A stretch of 57,725 nucleotides of DNA, counting the filler, from Platydemus manokwari (taxonomy: Eukaryota), in the NCBI GenBank assembly GCA_037951405.1. It is 5 parts of 5 records of this genome, joined end to end, with 100 filler letters (N's around TTAATTAATTAA, not from the genome) between each part and the next. Parts side by side here need not be neighbours in the genome. Positions count along the whole stretch, not along the records: positions 46,461 to 57,725 come from JBBMOY010807758.1; 4 more parts are not named here. One strand, written 5' to 3'. The notes under the pieces are model-generated. The model saw nothing but the letters and a program-made list of their open reading frames with translations, made no database searches and was not told the origin of the DNA. Made by a program: the position numbers and the translations under genes. Every line of letters begins with the position of its first letter. The stretch's first letter is position 1. This document shows positions 49,401-57,725 of the stretch, piece by piece.

Positions 49401-52400
49401 TAAATTTGAAAACTACAACTTAAATTGTTTCTCATTTTAGAATTTTGAATTCATAATGAAGTGAAAATTAACAACTTATCCAATCCCGTGAGATTGTTGA
49501 AACTAAGAAAATTTAATTACGCCATCGTATAAGATGTTTTAATGCTTAATTGTTTTGAGAGAACAAGATTAAATTAATTATTGAAACTGCCTCTCATTTA
49601 TCGGTGGACAAATGTGGTAGCAATTCAATGTTTATCATAAAAGTTAATGAAATAGCTAATAAAAATGAAGATTCTTGATTTTATCTATTGTTTTTATGTC
49701 AGGCTAAATTGTCAAAGACAAAAAGATAAATAAAAATCTTTCTAAGATCAAATTTTAAGGTTGTTTTCTTTAATTCTCTGAAGAAACACGGAATTTATAT
49801 CAGCCTTGTTAATTAGAGAAAAATTCAAAGTTCTTTACTCTCAACTTTTCTATAACTGATTTTTAATAAAATCACCTGCACCTAATATAGAAGAACTGAG
49901 TGACAAAACAGTAACAGATCTTGACGAAAATAGGAAAGTGTGACTTAAAATATGAAAGTCGGATATCTAGAAGAATCTCCTAGTAAAGTCAAAATTCGAT
50001 AATGATATTTTCATCTTTCATGACAACCAAAGGATTTTGTTAGAACCTCTCTGTCACAGAACTCGTAAATGATGTAAGGAAACGAAATACAGTTGAAATT
50101 TTTATCTAAAATTAATCTTTTATCGAAATTAATTTTATTATTGTATTGATTGTAAACGATTCGGTTATGAAATCTCGATCATTTAATTCATACACAAATT
50201 CAGCAGTTCATTATACTCACCCATAATGAGCAAAATCACGGATCCATTATTTTTAATCAATTCTGTTCAGAATCATGCCAGTGATAAACAACACGAAGCC
50301 AACAACTGGAACGACCTGTTATTATATTGCATGTAATGAAAGTTTTGAGTAAAACTCTTGATGTTACACATAAATAAATCTTATGCTCTTCGTTTGAATC
50401 TCAATTATATAAGTCATGTAACAATTATTGATATATTTAGAATTGTTATCTAATTTTAACTCTTAATAAATTATTTATTATTATTGTCAAAATAATTACT
50501 TTTAATTATATTATTATTTTTATTATCATTAATATTACAAAGTCATTGAATAGCCGATTAATAATATATTTATTAAATACTGTAAAACCTAAATAATAAC
50601 TAATTAATACATTTATATATATCTTGAAATTAATTTTCCTTTCTTAAATCATCCTTGGAAATATTATTAACTCAAAGAATTTAAAACCAATCAATATTTA
50701 AATCATCATTTTAACTAGAAAATATATTGATTTTATAAGATAGTCAAATGATCGGTTTAATTTATTTGAATATTTTAATCAAATATACTTCTGTGATTTA
50801 AAGTTCTTAGATTCTTGTTTAGTTCCTATTTTATGAAATAAAAGCAGCGAGTATTAACCTTCATTATTCTTGTTATTTTTTCAAATTATTTTTATTAATG
50901 GCGTTATCTAAGAGGTTTTAAGCAAAATACTAAGGTTAAAAAATTTCTATTAGGGATAAACTGATAATTCAGCCTTATTAATAGTTCGGTAATTAGAATG
51001 ATTATACAAAACTGGTTTGATATTTTGAAGTCAATAAGAGAAATCAATAAAATTTTCTGCTCGATTAGTATAAGATTTTTGAAAGAGGCATATGCAGACC
51101 CAAAATATTGGCATATCTCAAATGAAAGCTTTTTATTAGTTTTAAAAATAAATCAATGATAAAATGAGGATTAATATATCATTATCACAGCGGTTACATT
51201 AAATATTTATGGCAGCGTATTGCCATACTTCGAGTAAAATATTATAATATTGAGCCGATTTCACGAAAACATTTGATAATTTTATATTTGATTTCTAATT
51301 TAGCCTGCGGCTCTCAACATAACAATTAATCTCACCGGCAGTTAAAATTAAATCTTTTTCAAGTATTTGCAATTAATTCGTTCTTTATTTTTGCTCTCGA
51401 ATTTTCATTTATGCAATTCTGAAAATAATATGAAATAAAAATTGGCAAAATACTTCCCCATCATTATCAACTATTATTTTTCAGAGATATATGAGATCAA
51501 CACCAAATCAAAATAACAGCAAGCCAGAAATTGCCAATTTTTGGAAAATTATCGAGCCTTATTAATGGAAATTTAAAATTTTTTCTATCACTGATTGTAT
51601 CTTTGCTTTGATTATTAAATTTTAAATCCAAATCCTTGATAAAAATTTTAATAGAGAATGATTTTAATGATAATTTATCTCATTCGATTTATCAGATATA
51701 ACTGTTGAGATGATAAAATATATTAAATTCTTAAGCGACTTTATCGCATATAATGACCTGAGCTTCTTGAATCTTTTGTGTGCAGTACGGTGCTAATGCA
51801 ACCAAAATACTAAATGATAAATGGGAACTAAGTTCAGCGCATATGCAAGAGTTCGAATACATTAATGAAAGAATTATGAAATGATAAATTTAAGTCCCAA
51901 TCTGATACTGGTGACTTAAAACCTGAACTAAGCAAGCCTGTCATCAGACTAAGCACAGAGATTGACAGAGGCTTAACGATCGAACCTTCATAACTCTTAC
52001 ATAAAATGCCCTCAATTGCCTTCTGATTATCTAGCAATGTTTGGTGTTAGCAGTGGCTACTTCACTTGCAATTGATTTTTAAACAAAAGAAGTCATTATT
52101 ACGATTTTCTTAAATTTTATTTAATTACAACACTTGATACAATGTTTTAAACAAATTATAATTCCACAGAGTTTCAATATCAATCTTAATCAGGTCTATA
52201 TATAACAATATTTAAATAATTTTAAATTATCTTATTTTATGTAATAAATTTTAAAACACTATTTCTAAAATTTATTATCTTTTTTATTATTTAAAATAAT
52301 TTTCTTCAAAGCCATTATTTAAAATAATGATTTAAAAATAACTTAAAAATTATTTGAAATTATTTTGAAATTTTAAAATTTTTATCATTTAATTTAAATT

Positions 52401-53239
52401 AATGCTCACATTTGGCATACAAAAATTCATTTTTTACGATTTTGATGTTGTCACCAAGGTTAATTTAAACAAATTTTTGTGCTCAAACCAGCATGGCCAC
52501 TTTAGAAAAATTATAGAGAATTCTTTTTTCGGCATTATTCTTAAAATTACAATTTTAAAATTTTATCTTTGTTTTGCTTGATTCTTGAAAGATATTTTCG
52601 GATTTTCTTCTCATTTTTCGGTATGAAAAACTATTTAAAGTAAAGAGCACATTGAAGTTAAAGAATTGTTATTTTATCAAATTTTTTATTTCCCAATTAT
52701 TAATCACTGAACCAATAAAATTTGACTTCTCCAGCCAATTTTAATTCAAAAAATATTATTGTTATTTAATATTTTCATATCTGATCTTAATTCAGACGAG
52801 ACTTGATTGATTTTCATCGTTTGCTTAAGATTAGACGGACTTTAACATCATTATGGTTTTGTTCGGTCAGGCCAATCTTGGAAAAAATCAAAAAGATTAC
52901 CAGCAGAATTTATTATTTTAATTTTATTTTTATATTTTTAATTACAACAAGCTATCGGGTTATTTATTATTTCGAAGATTTCCAATCCAAATCTCCTTGA
53001 AAACATTTCGATTTATCCGCTAAACATTTTCAAACTGAATTTTATGATTCTTATTTTCTCTATTTCATGGAATTGAATAACTTTTCCTTTATATTTATTT
53101 CGTTTTTAAATTGAAAGTGATATTTAAATAAAAATTCAAAAAATAACTAAGCAAACTTTAGAGGGGGTTCTAGACCCTGTGAAAATTAAAACATTGTGTC
53201 ATTAACTCTGATATGCTTGATCAATGATCATGAATAGAT

Positions 53240-53560
53240 AGATGGTTTTGTTTAAATACCGTGAAACTTTTGCGTTGTTCAAAACATCTAATCTTCATCA
53301 ACGGTTGGTGCGTCCATCAATTATCCATTAAGAAATTTTACTTTTCGATTTTCTCCAAGAGCTCTGAATACACATCAAAGCATGGCCATTGACGGAAAGT
53401 GAATGTCGCGATTGATTTATTAGTCGAATATCATGTTGTTTAAGATGTATTCCATTTTTCAAACGAAATTGACGAAGGCAAAATAAATTCAGTTATGTGA
53501 GCTGACTCGCATGTGATCGTACTGGATAATGTTAAAAAATGTGAACAAGAATTGCAAGAC
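53240..53560 (+). mobile_element. Possible hAT transposase relic
   Basis: LIFINGWCVHQL (cf. CxxHxLxL), followed ~60 codons later by QLCELTRM*SYWIML (cf. xTRWxSxxxML). Decayed. Confidence 0.3.
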
Positions 53561-54228
53561 TTTGAGGAAATTCTTATTTAAACTTAGCTACACTTTTTGT
53601 TTCATTAATTTTATAAATTTATCGTGACCAAATAATTTAATTAATCGAGTATGAATTATAAATTTCAATATAAATTACATAAGGTTAACATCCAATGATG
53701 TGGATATAAAATTAAGCAAAATCGATAATTATAAAGATAATAACCATTTGAATTGGCTTAAACGAAAGCAGACTCAAAAACATTACATAACAAAGATTTG
53801 GAGAAAGCACAGCACAGTTATGAATTTTGTTTACCTTAGACTGATTGGTTAATATTTGAGAAGTCATCAAATAAAATCCATACGGAAATAATTCGAATCA
53901 GGGTTAATAATTACCTTTATTGCTTTTCAGTTCAGACAGTCACGTCAAATAGGCGTTCATTGTGAAATCTTTAAGAGAAGTCAAGATGAATTTAATAATA
54001 ATTTTTATCCAATTAAATTCATGATAAATAAAGTAAAATGATTAAAATTTTCTTATTGATTTTAAATAATCAAAAATCTTTTAAATAAGCATGGCAATGA
54101 AAACAATAAACCAATTTTTGGAATTTTACTAATTCGGGTAAGTTTTATTGATAATGGATTAGTTAGAAATCTGTTGATAATAAAGATAATAATAATAATA
54201 ATAAAATTAATAATAATAACAAAAATAA

Positions 54229-54505
54229 TGTTGGGATCTCCTACCAACAGTGCAACATTTCACAAGTACTTTTCACCAACATTTTTTGAAAAAATCGAAA
54301 CATAATTTCAAATAATACAATAGCATGTCATATAGCAATGTACATAATAACGCAATCCCTAATCCCTGATTATAAATGTGGATGAAGACACGAGCAGACC
54401 AGGCGATCGAGAAATTTGAGTTTATTATTGATTGAACAACAATCGTTGATGTATTAAATAGAAATTGGCTATTTGTTGCTTCACTTGTTGTTTCGCGATT
54501 GAACA
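54229..54505 (+). mobile_element. Probable solo LTR (~277 bp)
   Basis: TGTT...AACA termini, internal TATAAAT (~54371), GC-richer than its flanks. Flanks ATAA/ATAT give a 4-bp TSD with one mismatch. Confidence 0.35.
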
Positions 54506-55519
54506 ATATTTAATGATTATTTCGTTGGCGATTATTTTTAATGATTATTTTTATTATGTTTGTAAGGGATAGGAAGTCAGAATCATTAATACGGCAATAT
54601 AAATAAAACAATTAGAATAATAATATCCAATAAAGTTAAATTAATAAAACTAAGTAGTTCTAATTAATAATAATACAAGAATTATAATAAATTATATGGT
54701 AAAAAGCAAAAGATGTTATTAGTACAAAAACAAAGTCATTAGACAAGAATTAAGAAATGCACAATGAGAATTACATAAAGATAGAATAAAATATTACAAA
54801 ATACACTTAATTAACCAATTATTGGAGAAAAACACATGGTTGGAAGTTTGGATAACTAGAAATACATGAACAATGGTTGATCCGAACACACCACAACAAC
54901 TTGACCACAATTCTATTAAATCAGACACCACAGTCATTATTCGACATTAGGAGAACATATTTGTTTCAAAAGGATATTTTCATGAATTTGCCAGAATTTT
55001 CAACAATTTAACGAAGTGAGAGTTATTTTGTAGTCTAACCAAATTTCACCAATCATTGATGATAACAATCGCTTGGCCGTAATTGATATCTCCTCTATAT
55101 CTCACCGCTTCTCCGCCCACTTTCGGATTAATCAGTAACTCGCTTTCGCGATGCGCTGAACATTGTATTAATTTTTTGTGATATTTCGGCTATTGTTGGA
55201 GTTTCATTTCGTAATAAATTTTTATAACAACAATCTATAGCGTTCTAATTTAGTAACTATTATTATTAATATTATAATTTTTAGAACCGCTAGCGAAACC
55301 ATAACTAATTTTTTCATCAATGATCAACATTAATGTAGATAAATTAGTTTTCGTAACCTTTAGATTAAGTCAATCTATTTACCAATAACGTGGTCTTCAA
55401 TACCCGTTGTTGAAGCCCCTCAGGACCAGTAATAAATTTAAGCTGGTGTTAATAATTAAAATAAATTTTCCGTCAATAAAACAGAAAAACAATCTTGTTA
55501 TTTAATAATAATAACATAC

Positions 55520-55520
<1 letters not shown>

Positions 55521-55571
<51 letters not shown>
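55521..55571. repeat. (TAA)17 microsatellite
   Basis: Perfect trinucleotide run. Confidence 0.95.
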
Positions 55572-55574
<3 letters not shown>

Positions 55575-56775
55575 TAGCATTAAAAATTAAAATTAACATT
55601 AAAATTAAAATTTTGTATGTAATGAACTCGTAATTAAATAATAATAATTAAATAATATAATCATAACTCTATAATTTATATCTAATGCAACTTTAATAAT
55701 GAAGAAACTAAATTACAAAAACTTATTTTCATTCATCTCTCACTGAACAAATGTAAACATAGATTTTTAGAATTTTCCTTTCCAGTTTCGTTTTAATAAT
55801 TTTTTCCATTCAATAATCATAATAATTTTTATCAAAATTAAACTGAATATTTTCACTTGATGACATTTTTGAAATGCCGAAGAAATCACTCGTTTAAAAA
55901 TAATTAATAAAATTCTTTGTCTTTATTTGTCAATAGTTGTGTTGTTTAAATAATTTGCATGTGCTGTATGAATGTGAATAACTTATTTTATTCTTAATCG
56001 AATAACTGACATCATTATCAATGATATTCATAAATTATTTAAAGTCAGAAATATCATACAACTCGAAAATTAATCTCATATAAATCCACATGAGATTCTT
56101 GAAATACAATTTGCTACTTTCTATTATTTAAGGTCAAGCAAGTCTGATAAGTTTGATAATTATAGAAGAAAAATTAAGAAATATTATCGACATCAAAACC
56201 AAACAACACCAGCTTTAGTTATTCAATGTTTCCCTCACTCCATCTATTTCTTCTCTATTTACCTATACGCATTTCTCGTGATAGTATTTCTGTTTTCGTT
56301 TTTGAAATCAATTAAATCAGAATTTTTAATTAAATAATTGGTTTAAAATAATCTAATTTAATAAAAAAATATTTAATATTCATGATATTTCTATAAATGC
56401 AAGCATATATTGAACTTGAATTAACTAATGAAAGTTTTTCCTATCTTATAGATGATTTTAAAGAAGAGAAATTTACGGCTTTAAAATTCTTTGTTGATTC
56501 GGGATTTAATTTTAAAAACACAATAAAATATTTTCCAAATAATCTTCTGAAATATAAATAAGGAAGTCGTTACAGATGTTTGTAAAGATGAGGCTCTCCG
56601 TTAAATTGATGATATAAAAATGTATTGAAAAAATATCACCGTTAATCAAGCATGTTTGAAATCTGAGTGCCTCAACATGATGAATTTTGAAATCAAATAT
56701 ATTATTTAATAATATTAAAAAATTTAATTGCTCCAGTTTCAATTAAATTTTATTTCCTCAGAACACAGGTGATAA

Positions 56776-57267
56776 ATGATCAATGCAGGGGACACAGTCA
56801 CGTTTTGTATTGGAGGACGAGTTTTTGTGACTCGCAGAGCAACACTGTATAGATTGCCGGACAGTCGACTGTATATGATCGCCAACAGAGCGGAATCGGA
56901 ATCTGTCAATGGGATGGTCAATAAGGAATCACCAGTCTATTTCTTTGATCGTGATCCAGAAATATTCCGATTCGTGCTGGATTACTACAGAACTGGAGAG
57001 CTTCATTTACCGTCAAGTATTTGTGGTCCATTTGTGCGTAAAGAATTGATATTCTGGGGTATCGATGAATCATTAATCGGTGCTTGTTGTATGCCAGCAT
57101 ATATGCGGTACGATGAAGAGAAAAGAACGAAAAAAACACTTTTCAGAGATTTCTTCGAAGACATCGATTCCATCAAAAACTTAGTTAAGTATTGTCGAGG
57201 TATAAAACGTTGGCGATACAGAATGTGGTTATTCATAGATCATCCATCTTCTTCTCTTTCAGCAAAG
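56776..57267 (+). CDS. Voltage-gated K+ channel, Shaw/Kv3-like; first coding exon (T1/BTB domain). The gene continues beyond the window.
   Basis: IGGRVFVT...TL...PDSRL; YFFDRDPEIFRFVLDYYRTGELHLPSSICGPFVRKELIFWGID. The H-x5-C-x20-CC Zn site of non-Shaker T1 domains is present. Pre-S1 segment MWLFIDHPSSSLSAK. Donor AAG|gtcagt at 57268. Confidence 0.9.
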
Positions 57268-57725
57268 GTCAGTTAATAATTTATTCGCTTATGTTTTTCG
57301 TTCTATTTGCGGAAAAGATATTAAATTAATTTTGGTGAGTTGTACAACCATTGATTGTTGTACCTTTGGGCCATATAAATTTATTTATAAATAAATATTA
57401 TTTCTAAATGTGCTGCATTAATTTCGAAATTGATAAGCGTTAAATCATGTATAAATAAATCGAATCTGAAAAAACTAACTAGTTATGAGTATGAAAGACA
57501 TGTATTGAGTAACACTGAATTATTAGTCTGATGTATATTATTATTATTATTATTACTCTGACATATACATAAGCATATTTGTTTAAATAATGGAAATTGA
57601 TAGAATAAATAAAAATCTTAATATCATTACAACATTATATTGCATTACGAGCAGATATCGAAATAGCACATCTTATTTTTAAGGAACCGGTTTTTAATGA
57701 TGAAAATGTGAAGGAAATTCTTCCC

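Noticed and set aside
1-57725. tRNA, rRNA, snRNA/SL RNA genes and telomeric arrays
   Set aside because: None was recognised by eye. Short hairpins (e.g. 34139-34159) lack supporting motifs. An Infernal/tRNAscan search would be needed to exclude them.

Overview
Very AT-rich eukaryotic (metazoan) genomic scaffold. It has GT-AG introns as short as 43-64 nt, which fits a planarian-like flatworm genome, but the organism is an inference. Four artificial 100-nt joins (N44-TTAATTAATTAA-N44) split it into five segments, and there are three plain N gaps. Intact genes: (1) a tandem pair of two-exon genes for secreted proteins with a signal peptide, a PAN/Apple domain and a divergent, possibly F-type-lectin-like C-terminal domain (11934-12840 and 18313-19228, minus); (2) a five-exon DDX23/PRP28 helicase gene (26250-28949, minus) with a DEVD box, other motif substitutions and no RS domain; (3) a long coiled-coil protein gene with SxIP-type motifs (37759-40579, minus; 5' exon unresolved); (4) an intronless SLC16/MCT-like MFS transporter (42826-44328, plus); (5) the first coding exon (T1 domain) of a Shaw/Kv3-like K+ channel (56776-57267, plus). 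Between them are Gypsy fragments, LTR-like segments, a TIR/TSD-bounded MITE, probable LINE and hAT relics, and decayed genes missed or fragmented by the ORF track (REX4-like DEDD exonuclease, multi-Kunitz, Ly6-like, peripherin-like tetraspanin). Best candidate for an undescribed system: the PAN/lectin-like pair, whose second exon diverges in patches far more than the first. All alignments and translations were done by eye.
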